Source: an uncultured Verrucomicrobia subdivision 3 bacterium
GTDB taxonomy: Bacteria > Verrucomicrobiota > Verrucomicrobiia > Limisphaerales > UBA11358
Assembly (NCBI GenBank): GCA_903895255.1
Contig: CAITTG010000079.1
Coordinates: 947-64,946, forward strand
Direction of reading: 5' to 3'
Length of the DNA stretch: 64,000 nt
Below, piece by piece: positions 8,926 through 18,294 of the stretch (position 1 is its first letter; every line of letters begins with the position of its first letter). The position numbers were made by a program, and so were the translations under genes. The notes under the pieces are model-generated. The model was not told the DNA's origin. It did no database searches and saw only the letters and a list, made by a program, of their open reading frames with translations.

Positions 8926-9615
8926 TTACGGGGTCACGTCTTTCGGCCAGCCGGCGCGCACGACTGCCGCCAGCAGTTTGTAACCCTCGGCGTTAAAATG
9001 GAGTCGGTCGGCCACATACAATTCCGGGCGCGGCGTGCCATCCCGGCCGAGCGGCATGTCATAGTCATTGATGTAATGGAGATGCGGGCGGCCCTGGTTG
9101 TACAGTTGCACGAGGGCGTTCACGGCCATTTCGTTGCCGTGCTGTTTCCAGCGGGCGATGCTGGGGGCGAGCGAGATGAAAACAATTTCCGTGTCCGGCA
9201 GGCGGGACTGCACCTTGGTGACGAAGTCCTTGTAATCCTGGACCACCTCGGTGACGGGTTTGCCCGCCCACAAATCATTGCCGCCGGCCCGCAGGAAAAT
9301 GATGCGCGGAGCGTAGGGGAAGATGATGCGGTCGGCGAAGTGGGTGGAATCCACAATCTCCGAACCGCCGAAGCCACGGTTGATCACTTTTTGATCCGGG
9401 AAATCCTGGGCGAGGGTTTTCCAGAACCGGATGCCGGAGGAGCCGATGAAGAGGCAGGCGCCCTGGGGCGGGGGATTGGTGGCGTCCGACCGCTCGAAGG
9501 CGGCAATTTCCCGCTCCCATTTGGCGAAATTGTGGTTGGTGTCCTGCGCGCGCGCGGCCGGCCCGGCCAGCAGGGCGATGACTAGTGGAAGTCCCAGTGA
9601 GAAAAAGCGTTTCAT
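8926..9615 (-). CDS. SGNH/GDSL hydrolase, secreted
   Basis: FIGSSGIRFW, NRGFGGS, GGND and DRLH blocks. Signal peptide from MKRFF (9615). Confidence 0.85.
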   Translation of the reverse strand: MKRFFSLGLPLVIALLAGPAARAQDTNHNFAKWEREIAAFERSDATNPPPQGACLFIGSSGIRFWKTLAQDFPDQKVINRGFGGSEIVDSTHFADRIIFPYAPRIIFLRAGGNDLWAGKPVTEVVQDYKDFVTKVQSRLPDTEIVFISLAPSIARWKQHGNEMAVNALVQLYNQGRPHLHYINDYDMPLGRDGTPRPELYVADRLHFNAEGYKLLAAVVRAGWPKDVTP

Positions 9616-9682
9616 AAGGTGATCGAGTGCTGTCATGCTTCGCCAAACGGGCTTGGGAGTCAAGCACGCGAGGCGGAAGCAA

Positions 9683-9718
9683 GCAGAATGAAGAAGGTAG
9701 AATGAAGAATGAAGAAAC
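9683..9718. repeat. Short heptamer tandem repeat (AGAATGA)
   Basis: gcAGAATGAAGAAGGTAGAATGAAGAATGAAGAAac in a divergent intergenic region. Confidence 0.5.
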
Positions 9719-9768
9719 GTGAGGGATTGACTTTGGCGGGGGGTGGTCGTTAATTCTTACCCATTAGT

Positions 9769-10404
9769 TTGACCGAATACATCGTGCTGGCGGCGAGTTC
9801 GCTGTTTGTGATCATTGATCCGCTGGCGACGGCCCCCGCGTTTCTGGCGATGACGCCCAATGATTCGCGGGAACAACGGCTGCGCACCGCGCGGCTGGCC
9901 TGCACCACGGCCGCGGGCATTCTGCTGTCCTTTTCCCTCACCGGCCCGCTGATTTTCAAGGTCATGGGCATCACGATGCCGGCCTTCCAGATGGCCGGGA
10001 GCATTCTGTTGCTGCAAGTGTCGCTGGACATGCTCCGGGCCCAGCGCTCGCGCGTGAAAGAAACCAACGAGGAAATGCGGGCCGGCGCGGATAAGACGGA
10101 AATTGCGATCACCCCGCTGGCCATTCCCATGCTGGCCGGGCCGGGGGCCATCTCCACCACGGTGTTACTTCAGAATGAGGCCACCACCTGGGCCCAGCAT
10201 TGCGCGCTCTATCTGTGCATCGTGGCCGTGTGTTTCGCCAGCTACCTGATTTTACGACTTTCAGCGAGGGGTGTGCAATGGCTGGGGCCGATTGCCATGA
10301 GCCTGGCCATCCGCATCATGGGGCTGCTGCTGGCGTCGGTGGCGGTCCAATTTATGCTGAATGCCATCAAGGCGTTCCGGTTGGAACTTCTCGCCCCCGG
10401 TTGA
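9769..10404 (+). CDS. MarC family inner-membrane protein
   Basis: FVIIDPL and IAITPLAIPMLAGPGAIST motifs; about six TM segments. Confidence 0.9.
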   Translation: MTEYIVLAASSLFVIIDPLATAPAFLAMTPNDSREQRLRTARLACTTAAGILLSFSLTGPLIFKVMGITMPAFQMAGSILLLQVSLDMLRAQRSRVKETNEEMRAGADKTEIAITPLAIPMLAGPGAISTTVLLQNEATTWAQHCALYLCIVAVCFASYLILRLSARGVQWLGPIAMSLAIRIMGLLLASVAVQFMLNAIKAFRLELLAPG

Positions 10405-10427
10405 TTTGATTTTTCCCTGTTGTTTGC

Positions 10428-11657
10428 ATGCAGACCAATGCCGCCGTTTCCCCCACCATTGACCGGAAGTTCCTAAACCTTACTGTCGACAGCCTGCCGC
10501 TCCGGCCGGCGTGGACGGAGATTGATCTTGGCCGGCTGCGGCGCAATGTGCAGCTCATCCGGCGGGAACTGGCCCCGGGCGTCCGGTTGCTGGCCGTGGT
10601 GAAAGACGAGGCCTATGGCCACGGTGCGCTGGACGTGGCCCGGATCGCCCTGGAGGAAGGGGCGTGGGGCTGCGCTCTGAGCAACCTCGAGGAGGCCATG
10701 GCCCTGCGCGCGGCGGGCATTACCGCGCCCTTGTTGCTGCTGGGCGAGCGGCAGGAGGCGGAACTGGCCTGGTGCGTGGCCCACGACCTCACGGTCTGTG
10801 TAAACACTCCGCATACGGTGCGCGCCCTGGCGCGGCTGGCGCGGGAGTTTGAGAAATGCGTGCCCGTGCATGTGAAGATCAACACCGGCATGAGCCGTTA
10901 CGGCGTGCGGTGGGATGAGGCGCTGCCGTTGCTGGAACAGGTGGAGGCGGAGAAATGCCTGCGGTTGGAGGGGGTGCTGACTCATTTTGCCCAGTCGGAG
11001 GAGCCGGACAAAGCGTTTGCCGAACTCCAGTTCGCGCGGTTCCAAGCGGTGCTGCATGCCCGGGCGGCCCGTAACCTGGCCATCCCCCTGCGGCACGTTT
11101 GCAACAGCGGCGCCGTGCTGGAACTGCCCCATACCCACCTGGACATGGTCCGTCCCGGGCTCTTGCTCTACGGCGTGCTGCCTTCGGCCACTTGCCGGCC
11201 CTTGCCGGGGCTGGAGCCAGTGATGTCGGTGAAGGCCAAAATTGCGGCCATCCAAAGCTTAAAACCTGGGGAAATCGCCGGCTATGGCATGCGGTTTACC
11301 GCCGTCACGCCGCGCCGCCTGGCGGTGCTGCCAGTGGGCTATGGCGACGGTTATCCCCGGGTGAGCAACACGGGGGTGGTGCTCATCCATGGCCGGCGCG
11401 CCCCATTGGTTGGCAGTGTGGCGATGGATGCCCTGATGGTGGACATCACGGACATTCCCCAAGCCCAAATGTGGGACGAAGCGGTGCTGATGGGCCGGCA
11501 GGGGACGGAGGCGATCACCGTGCGGGAGATCGCGACCTTGAAAAACTCCGTGAGCTACGATGTGCTGACCAACTGGCGGTTGCGGTTGCGGCGGCAGGCG
11601 GTGAATGGGGAGGCTTTGTTGAAGCATCCTCAAGCCCTCGGTGCCAGTGAGCTATAA
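10428..11657 (+). CDS. alr: Alanine racemase
   Basis: AVVKDEAYGHG (PLP-binding Lys), HVKINTGMSRYG, VRPG, GYGDGY and VAMD. Confidence 0.92.
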   Translation: MQTNAAVSPTIDRKFLNLTVDSLPLRPAWTEIDLGRLRRNVQLIRRELAPGVRLLAVVKDEAYGHGALDVARIALEEGAWGCALSNLEEAMALRAAGITAPLLLLGERQEAELAWCVAHDLTVCVNTPHTVRALARLAREFEKCVPVHVKINTGMSRYGVRWDEALPLLEQVEAEKCLRLEGVLTHFAQSEEPDKAFAELQFARFQAVLHARAARNLAIPLRHVCNSGAVLELPHTHLDMVRPGLLLYGVLPSATCRPLPGLEPVMSVKAKIAAIQSLKPGEIAGYGMRFTAVTPRRLAVLPVGYGDGYPRVSNTGVVLIHGRRAPLVGSVAMDALMVDITDIPQAQMWDEAVLMGRQGTEAITVREIATLKNSVSYDVLTNWRLRLRRQAVNGEALLKHPQALGASEL

Positions 11658-11707
11658 ACCTGCTTAAACAGAGTAACCGTCCGCTTGGGATGGTGAATTG
11701 GGTCGAT

Positions 11708-11974
11708 TTATTTCAATCGCTTGACCAATTCATCATACTCCCGGTGCGAACCGACCCAAAACCAGACGATCATATTTCCCTGGCGGCGGCCGAGTGCCCG
11801 ATAATTTTGATTGATACGAACGGACCAGACGTCACCAACCAGTTCCTTAAAATGCAGCGATGCGTTGAACGGTTCCTCTTGCCACAGCCGAAATTTGTTT
11901 TTCGACAGTTTTTGAATGGTCTCAGGAAGGGTGGCAAATCAGCGCCAGAAATTATCGTGCGTTTTGGAAATCAC
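11708..11974 (-). pseudogene. RelE/ParE-like toxin interrupted by an in-frame TGA
   Basis: GTG start overlaps the antitoxin stop (GTGA). Translation: MISKTHDNFWR*FATLPETIQKLSKNKFRLWQEEPFNASLHFKELVGDVWSVRINQNYRALGRRQGNMIVWFWVGSHREYDELVKRLK. The TGA is at 11939-11941. Confidence 0.8.
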
Positions 11975-12174
11975 GGCAGGTCGTGCAGCTTGCCTTGCGC
12001 AATGTCGGCGTCCACTGCTGACAGCAATCCGGCCAATTTTCCGGCTGCCAAGTCGCGCTTCATTTGCTCATCCCAAGCGTCGTCCTGCCATTGATTCAAG
12101 CAACTAGCCACCTCCGCGCGCTCTGCGAGCGTTAGCGAAGGAATCGCTGCCTTGATTTCCGCAACCGTACTCAT
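11971..12174 (-). CDS. Putative antitoxin (addiction-module component)
   Basis: 67 aa, MSTVAEIKAAIPSLTLAERAEVA...DAWDEQMKRDLAAGKL, translationally coupled to the toxin remnant. Confidence 0.75.
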   Translation of the reverse strand: MSTVAEIKAAIPSLTLAERAEVASCLNQWQDDAWDEQMKRDLAAGKLAGLLSAVDADIAQGKLHDLP

Positions 12175-12257
12175 GAGAATAAATTAGGCCTTATGCCCAA
12201 GGCCGTCAATAGCCCCTTGTCATTTGGCTAAAACCGCGCCAGATTACCCGCGGTTCC

Positions 12258-13004
12258 ATGAAATACCTTTGCTTATTCTTGCTGCTGGTCGGGCTGTCCG
12301 CGACGGCCCAGACCAATGCGCCGTCGACCAACGCGCCGCCGCCGTTTTGCTGCCGGCATCCGTACCGGGTGTTGGGCGCGGGCAAGGTGGTGGACCTCAG
12401 TCCCCTGATTACATGGTGGATGCACCAGGGGCCGCAAGTGGTGGCGCTGCCCCTAAATGCCGCGCGCCCGGTGCGTCCGCTAACCGCGTGGAAGCGCATT
12501 CAGGGCATCAAGACCGGCGAGGTGGAGTCCGCCTGGGTGGTGCAGGCCGAGATCGCGATCAGCCCCACGGAAAAAACCAATGAATGGATCATTCTAAAAA
12601 ACCCGCCTGTGGCCGAGGCAGCACAGTTTTACAATCTTCAATACCTGATCCCTCAGTACGAGCGGCAGATTGCCACTGACCGCCAGAAGCAGGCTGAATA
12701 CACAAAAGCCGCCGCCCGCAACACGGCTCAGGCCAAGCAACTCGCCCAGAACTATAGCAAGTCCATCCGCTGGGACGCACCCTATTACACCCAGCAGGCG
12801 AATCAAAACAAAGCCGCCGCCGCCGCCGCCCTGGCCGACCAGCAAGCCACGCAAGCGGCGCTCGACCAGGCGCGGCAGCAACTCAAAACCATTCCGAATA
12901 GCAACGGGCAGTATCAAATCGATGTGTTTGCCCTCGAACTCGGTCGCAACGCCAAAGGCCGGCTCATTTTTGATCCCGGCACGGTGTATGGCAGTGCGTG
13001 GTAG
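12258..13004 (+). CDS. Secreted hypothetical protein with a coiled-coil segment
   Basis: Signal peptide MKYLCLFLLLVGLSATA-Q and an Ala/Gln-rich helical region. Confidence 0.7.
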   Translation: MKYLCLFLLLVGLSATAQTNAPSTNAPPPFCCRHPYRVLGAGKVVDLSPLITWWMHQGPQVVALPLNAARPVRPLTAWKRIQGIKTGEVESAWVVQAEIAISPTEKTNEWIILKNPPVAEAAQFYNLQYLIPQYERQIATDRQKQAEYTKAAARNTAQAKQLAQNYSKSIRWDAPYYTQQANQNKAAAAAALADQQATQAALDQARQQLKTIPNSNGQYQIDVFALELGRNAKGRLIFDPGTVYGSAW

Positions 13005-13072
13005 CGGGCAGGCCGGCGGCAAAGAGGGCGGGCGGCGGTTATCCCCCCAAAAGGCCTGTCGCAAAACATTAG

Positions 13073-13101
13073 TTGACCGACCAGTCAATTTGCGCTAGAT
13101 T
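13073..13101 (+). promoter_or_regulatory. Sigma70-like promoter overlapped by a palindromic TetR operator
   Basis: TTGACC (13073) -17 bp- TAGATT (13096). The palindrome TTGACCGACCAGTCAA spans 13073-13088. Confidence 0.65.
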
Positions 13102-13230
13102 GTTTTTGCCAAAGCAATTAACGCATATGATTCACGGGAAACAAATCGTCGATGAAGGAACCACCGGGGTGGACGGGGTCATGTCGGGCCGCTGCCCGGG
13201 GTTGTTTTGCGCGTTGAGCCACTAGATAAT

Positions 13231-13833
13231 ATGGCCCGGACAAGTGATACCAAGGAACGGTTGCTGGAGGTGGCCTTTGATCTCATTTGGGAGCAGAGCT
13301 ATGGCTCGGTGAGCGTGGATCAAATTTGCGCGCGGGCGGACGTCAACAAGGGCAGTTTTTATCATTATTTTCCCTCCAAATCCGAACTGGCGGTGGCGGC
13401 CTACGAGGAACATTGGCGGGAGAAGCAGCCGGAATTGGACCGGATTTTTTCGCCCCTGGTGCCGCCGCTAACCCGTTTGCAATTATGGTGCAAGAACATT
13501 TTTGAGCGTCAGAAAGCCAAGGCGGAGCAGTATGGTCATGTCGGCGGCTGCCCGTATGCGAGCCTGGGGGCGGAACTGGCGACGCAAGACGAGAAAATCC
13601 GGGGCAAAACCGGGGAACTGGTGGATCACACATTGTTTTATTTGGAGAACGCCCTGCGCGATGCCCAGCAGCAAGGCTTGGTGGCGATTGAGGATCCCCG
13701 GGTGATGGCCAAGCGGGTGCATTTTCTGGTGCTGGGCAATTTGTTGCACGCCAAAATCCGCAATCAGCTGGCGGAACTGGTGGATTTGGAAGCGGCCATC
13801 TTTGATATGATCCGGGCGGCCCGGCCAAACTGA
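13231..13833 (+). CDS. TetR/AcrR family regulator (NemR-like)
   Basis: N-terminal HTH (SVDQICARADVNKGSFYHYFPSK) and C-terminal GCPYASLG. Confidence 0.9.
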   Translation: MARTSDTKERLLEVAFDLIWEQSYGSVSVDQICARADVNKGSFYHYFPSKSELAVAAYEEHWREKQPELDRIFSPLVPPLTRLQLWCKNIFERQKAKAEQYGHVGGCPYASLGAELATQDEKIRGKTGELVDHTLFYLENALRDAQQQGLVAIEDPRVMAKRVHFLVLGNLLHAKIRNQLAELVDLEAAIFDMIRAARPN

Positions 13834-13890
13834 TGCATTGATGTTAAACCACTTTAACCGGGCATGATTGATAACCAAACGACCTCGTTT

Positions 13891-13906
13891 TTGACCAACC
13901 GGTCAG
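13891..13906 (+). promoter_or_regulatory. Second TetR operator, upstream of the RND gene
   Basis: TTGACCAACCGGTCAG, a near copy of 13073-13088. Confidence 0.6.
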
Positions 13907-13927
13907 TTAACCGCTGGGACTGATTTT

Positions 13928-16900
13928 ATGTGGATTGTCCAATTAGCCTTGCGGCGGCCTTACACCTTCGTGGTGATGGCGTTGCTGCTGGTCTTGATGA
14001 CGCCGCTCATTCTGCTGCGCACGCCCACGGATATTTTTCCGGCGATCAACATCCCGGTGGTGAGCATCATCTGGCAGTATGGCGGCCTGGATGCCCAGCA
14101 AATGGAGCAGCGCTTCATTTACACCCATGAACGGGTGCTGACCACCACGGTTAATGACATCGAGCACACGGAATCCACCTCGTACAACGGCATTGGGGTG
14201 ATCAAGGTATTCCTGCAACCAGGGGCCTCGGTGCCGGCGGCGGTGGCGCAGGTGACGGCCGTTTCGCAGACCATTTTACGGCAATTGCCCCCGGGCACCA
14301 CCCCGCCGCTGGTGATTCAGTACAATGCCGCCTCCGTGCCCATTCTGCAATACAGCATCAGCAGTCCCCAGCGGTCAGAGGCGGAGTTGTTTGATTTCTC
14401 AGCCAATCAAATCCGCGTGGGGTTGACCACGGTGCCCGGGACGGTGATTCCGTATCCTTATGGCGGCAAAACCCGGCTGGTATCGGTGGATCTGGATCTG
14501 GCCGCGCTGAAATCGAAAAACCTGAAGGCGCAGGATGTGGTGGACGCGGTGAACGCGCAAAATCTGGTGCTGCCCAGTGGCACCGCGAAGATTGGGCCCA
14601 CCGAGTACGCGGTGGCGGTGGATACCAATGCCCGGCTGATAGACGATTTAAATCACCTGCCCATCAAGGTGGTCAACGGGGCCACGCTGTATCTCAGTGA
14701 TGTGGCGCAGGTGCACGATGGTTTTAACCCCCAGCAAAACGCGGTGCGGCTGGACGGGGTGCGCGGCACGTTGCTGACCATTATGAAGGCGGGATCGGCT
14801 TCCACCCTGGATGTGGTCAAGGGCGTCAAGGCGGCGCTGGCGCGGGTCATGCTGACCATGCCGCCGGATTTGCAAGTGGCGGAATTCGCCGACCAGTCGC
14901 TGTTCGTGCGGTCGGCCATCAGCGGGGTGGCGCGGGAAGGGATCACGGCGGGAGCCCTGACGGCCCTGATGATTCTCCTGTTCCTGGGTTCCTGGCGCAG
15001 CACGGTGATTATTGCCCTGTCCATTCCTTTATCCGTGCTGGCCTCGCTGGCGATTCTGAGCGCCCTGGGCGAGACGATTAATCTGATGACGCTGGGCGGG
15101 TTGGCGCTGGCGGTGGGCATTTTGGTGGATGACGCCACCGTGGCGATTGAAAACATTCACCGCCACATGGCGGCGGGGGAGCCATTGGAAAATGCCATTC
15201 TGGTGGGCGCGCAGGAGATCACAATGCCGGCGTTTGTGTCCACGCTGTGCATCTGCATTGTGTTTGTGCCCATGTTTTTTCTTACTGGTGTGGCCCGGTA
15301 TTTGTTCGTGCCGCTGGCCGAGGCAGTGGTGTTCGCGATGCTGGCGAGTTATGTGATTTCGCGGACCCTGGTGCCGACGCTGGTGATGTGGTTCTACCGG
15401 AATGTGCAGCATTATGGCCACGAGGTGGACGGGGAATCCGGCCCGGCCTGGCTGCGGCCTTTCAGCCGGATTCAGGGCGGTTTTGAGCGTGGTTTTGAGC
15501 GTTTTCGCCTGGGTTATCGGGGGCTGCTCGCCGCGTGTTTTGCCCACCGCAAATGGTTTGCCGGGTTGTTTCTAATTTTTTGCCTGGGCTCCTGGTTGCT
15601 GACCCGAATGCTGGGAGAGAATTTCTTTCCGGCGGTGGACACCGGGCATTTTCTGCTGCATTTCCGGGCGCGCACCGGCACGCGGATTGAGGAAACCGAG
15701 CGGCTGGCGGACCAGGTGAACCACGCCATCCGTCGCGAGATACCGGCGGCGGAACTGGAGGGCATTCTGGACAACATCGGCATTCCCAATTCCTCGATCA
15801 ATCTCAGTTACAACATCAGCGGGGTGATCGGCGCCGGGGACGCGGATGTGCTGGTTTCACTCAAAGCCGGGCATGCGCCCACGGAGGATTATGTGCGCCG
15901 CCTGCGGTCCCGGCTGCACCAGGAATTTCCCGGCACGCTCTTTTATTTCCTGCCGGCGGACATCGTCAGCCAGACCTTGAATTTTGGTTTGCCCGCGCCG
16001 TTTGACGTGCAATTTGTGGGGCGCAACCAGGAGACCAATCGCGCGCTGGCCATGCAACTGGCGGAGGAAATCAAACGCATCCCGGGCGCGACGGACATCC
16101 GGGTGAACCAGCCCGACAACCTGCCCGAGCTGCGGGTCACCGTGGACCGCTCCAAAGCCGCCGACCTGGGGCTGACGGACAAGGATGTGGCCAATTCCGT
16201 GCTGCTCTCGCTGAGCGGCAGCAGCCAGGTGCAGCCGGCTTACTGGCTGAATCCGGCCGTGGGGGTCCAATACCTGATCAACGTGCGGGCGCCGGAATAC
16301 GTGATGAATTCGGTGCAGGAATTGCGGGCCATGCCGATTAGCGTCAGCCAGCCCGGCATGAACAACGCGCAAATATTGGAAAATCTGGCGCGGGTGGACC
16401 GGGTGAAAATCCCGCCGGTGGTTTCCCATTATAACATCATGCCGGTGATTGATGTTTACGGGAATGTGGACGGGCGCGACCTGGGCGGTGTGCTGTCGGA
16501 CCTGCAACCGCTGCTGGCGGGCATTAAAAAAGAACTGCCGCGCGGCAGCAGTGTGGTCGTGCGCGGGCAGGCGGAGACGATGTATACCAGTTACGTGGGC
16601 CTGGGGGCGGGCCTCGCGGGGGCAATTGTGCTGATTTATTTCCTGCTGGTGATTAATTTTCAGAGCTGGCTGGATCCGTTCATCATTATCACCGCGCTGC
16701 CGGGCGCGCTGGCGGGGGTGGTGTGGGGCTTGTGGCTGTCGCAGACCACCCTGAGCGTGCCGGCCCTGATGGGGGCCATCATGAGCATGGGCGTGGCCAC
16801 GGCCAACTCGGTGCTGGTGGTCACGTTTGCCCGGGAGAATTTGCAGCGCGGACAGGACCCGGTCCAGGCGGCCCTCGAGGCGGGCGCGGGTCGCATCCGG

Positions 16901-17116
16901 CCCATTTTAATGACCGCGATGGCCATGATCATCGGCATGCTACCTTTGAGCCTGGGCCTCGGCGAGGGCGGCGAACAGAACGCGCCGCTGGGCCGCGCGG
17001 TGATTGGCGGCTTGATTTTTGCCACGGTGGCCACTTTGTTTTTTGTCCCGATTGTCTTTAGCTTTATGCACCGTCGAACCAAGCCTGTTGCGACTCCACC
17101 CTTTGTCCAGCCATGA
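13928..17116 (+). CDS. RND efflux permease (AcrB/CusA superfamily)
   Basis: 1062 aa; GILVDDATVAIENI and RIRPILMTA motifs. Confidence 0.95.
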   Translation: MWIVQLALRRPYTFVVMALLLVLMTPLILLRTPTDIFPAINIPVVSIIWQYGGLDAQQMEQRFIYTHERVLTTTVNDIEHTESTSYNGIGVIKVFLQPGASVPAAVAQVTAVSQTILRQLPPGTTPPLVIQYNAASVPILQYSISSPQRSEAELFDFSANQIRVGLTTVPGTVIPYPYGGKTRLVSVDLDLAALKSKNLKAQDVVDAVNAQNLVLPSGTAKIGPTEYAVAVDTNARLIDDLNHLPIKVVNGATLYLSDVAQVHDGFNPQQNAVRLDGVRGTLLTIMKAGSASTLDVVKGVKAALARVMLTMPPDLQVAEFADQSLFVRSAISGVAREGITAGALTALMILLFLGSWRSTVIIALSIPLSVLASLAILSALGETINLMTLGGLALAVGILVDDATVAIENIHRHMAAGEPLENAILVGAQEITMPAFVSTLCICIVFVPMFFLTGVARYLFVPLAEAVVFAMLASYVISRTLVPTLVMWFYRNVQHYGHEVDGESGPAWLRPFSRIQGGFERGFERFRLGYRGLLAACFAHRKWFAGLFLIFCLGSWLLTRMLGENFFPAVDTGHFLLHFRARTGTRIEETERLADQVNHAIRREIPAAELEGILDNIGIPNSSINLSYNISGVIGAGDADVLVSLKAGHAPTEDYVRRLRSRLHQEFPGTLFYFLPADIVSQTLNFGLPAPFDVQFVGRNQETNRALAMQLAEEIKRIPGATDIRVNQPDNLPELRVTVDRSKAADLGLTDKDVANSVLLSLSGSSQVQPAYWLNPAVGVQYLINVRAPEYVMNSVQELRAMPISVSQPGMNNAQILENLARVDRVKIPPVVSHYNIMPVIDVYGNVDGRDLGGVLSDLQPLLAGIKKELPRGSSVVVRGQAETMYTSYVGLGAGLAGAIVLIYFLLVINFQSWLDPFIIITALPGALAGVVWGLWLSQTTLSVPALMGAIMSMGVATANSVLVVTFARENLQRGQDPVQAALEAGAGRIRPILMTAMAMIIGMLPLSLGLGEGGEQNAPLGRAVIGGLIFATVATLFFVPIVFSFMHRRTKPVATPPFVQP

Positions 17117-18294
17117 ACCCTTTACCGAATCATCCCGAAGCCGCCACCCCGCCGGTGCCGCCGGTTAATCTGCGCCGGCCGGTCTGGATTATCCTGGTCC
17201 TGGTCTTGATCGGCCTGGCGATTGGTTTTGTGCCGCGCTGGCTGGCCCGCCGGCACTTGGTCCAGGAGACCCAAGCCGACGGGGTGACGCTGGTCACCGT
17301 GGTTTCGCCGGTTCCCACCCGGGCGGACCTTGGTGCCGCCATTCCCGCCGAAGTGCAGGCCTTTGTGGAGGCACCCATTTACGCGCGGGCCAGCGGCTAT
17401 TTGAAAAACTGGTTTGTGGATCTCGGTGACCAGGTGACCAACGGCCAGACCCTCGCCGAAATTGTGACGCCGGAATTGGATCAGCAACTGGACCAGGCCC
17501 GCGCCGAAGTGGCGCAGAACCAAGCAGCCCTCAATCTCGCCCAGGTCACCGCCGACCGTTGGGCAGAGTTGTTGAAAACGGCCAGTGTCAGCGAGCAGGA
17601 GGCGGCGGAGAAGTCGGCCGATCTCGCCCTGAAAAAGGCCGTGGTGGACGCGGCGCGGGCCAATCTCAACCGTTTGGAGGCCCTGAAGGGATATGACCTC
17701 GTAACCGCGCCATTTGCCGGCGTGATTACCGAACGCAACACGGACATCGGCCAGTTAATCACTGCGGATGCCGGGCGCGAACTCTTCCGGCTGGCGCAAA
17801 CGGACCCCTTGCGGGTTTATGTCCGCGTGCCGCAAACCCTGGTGCATACCGTGATCCCCGGCCAGACGGCCGAGGTGGTGTTCCAAGACTTGCCCGGCCG
17901 CAAATTCACCGCCGTGGTGACGCGCACTGCCGGGGCGGTGGACGCGACCTCCCGCACCCTGCAGGTGGAATTGCTGTTGAAAAATGCCCAAGGGGAAATT
18001 TTTGCCGGCAGTTACGCCCAGGTTCGGTTCAATGACACGGCCGCGTCGTCCGTCCTCCGGGTTTCGGACAATGTGTTGATCACCCGGGCACAGGGTGTGC
18101 AAGTGGCCGTGGTGGACAGCGATAATCTGGTTCATTTGCGAAGCATTGAACTAGGTCGTGATTTTGGCAACTACGTGGAGGTCTTGTCCGGCCTGAAGGT
18201 CACCGACCGGGTCATTGCCAATCCGCCGGATGCCATCGCGGACGGCATGGCCGTGCAGGTGGCGGCGGCCACGGAAAGCAACCCGGGCAAATGA
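17113..18294 (+). CDS. RND periplasmic adaptor (membrane fusion protein)
   Basis: N-terminal TM, IYARASGYL and APFAGVIT; ATGA overlap with the RND gene. Confidence 0.93.
   Translation: MNPLPNHPEAATPPVPPVNLRRPVWIILVLVLIGLAIGFVPRWLARRHLVQETQADGVTLVTVVSPVPTRADLGAAIPAEVQAFVEAPIYARASGYLKNWFVDLGDQVTNGQTLAEIVTPELDQQLDQARAEVAQNQAALNLAQVTADRWAELLKTASVSEQEAAEKSADLALKKAVVDAARANLNRLEALKGYDLVTAPFAGVITERNTDIGQLITADAGRELFRLAQTDPLRVYVRVPQTLVHTVIPGQTAEVVFQDLPGRKFTAVVTRTAGAVDATSRTLQVELLLKNAQGEIFAGSYAQVRFNDTAASSVLRVSDNVLITRAQGVQVAVVDSDNLVHLRSIELGRDFGNYVEVLSGLKVTDRVIANPPDAIADGMAVQVAAATESNPGK

Noticed and set aside
11939-11941. Selenocysteine recoding of the toxin TGA
   Set aside because: I see no convincing SECIS-like hairpin directly downstream and no redox-motif context; a nonsense mutation is simpler.
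11690-12094. 134-aa plus-strand ORF
   Set aside because: It is antisense to the TA module, whose minus-strand reading has clear family motifs.
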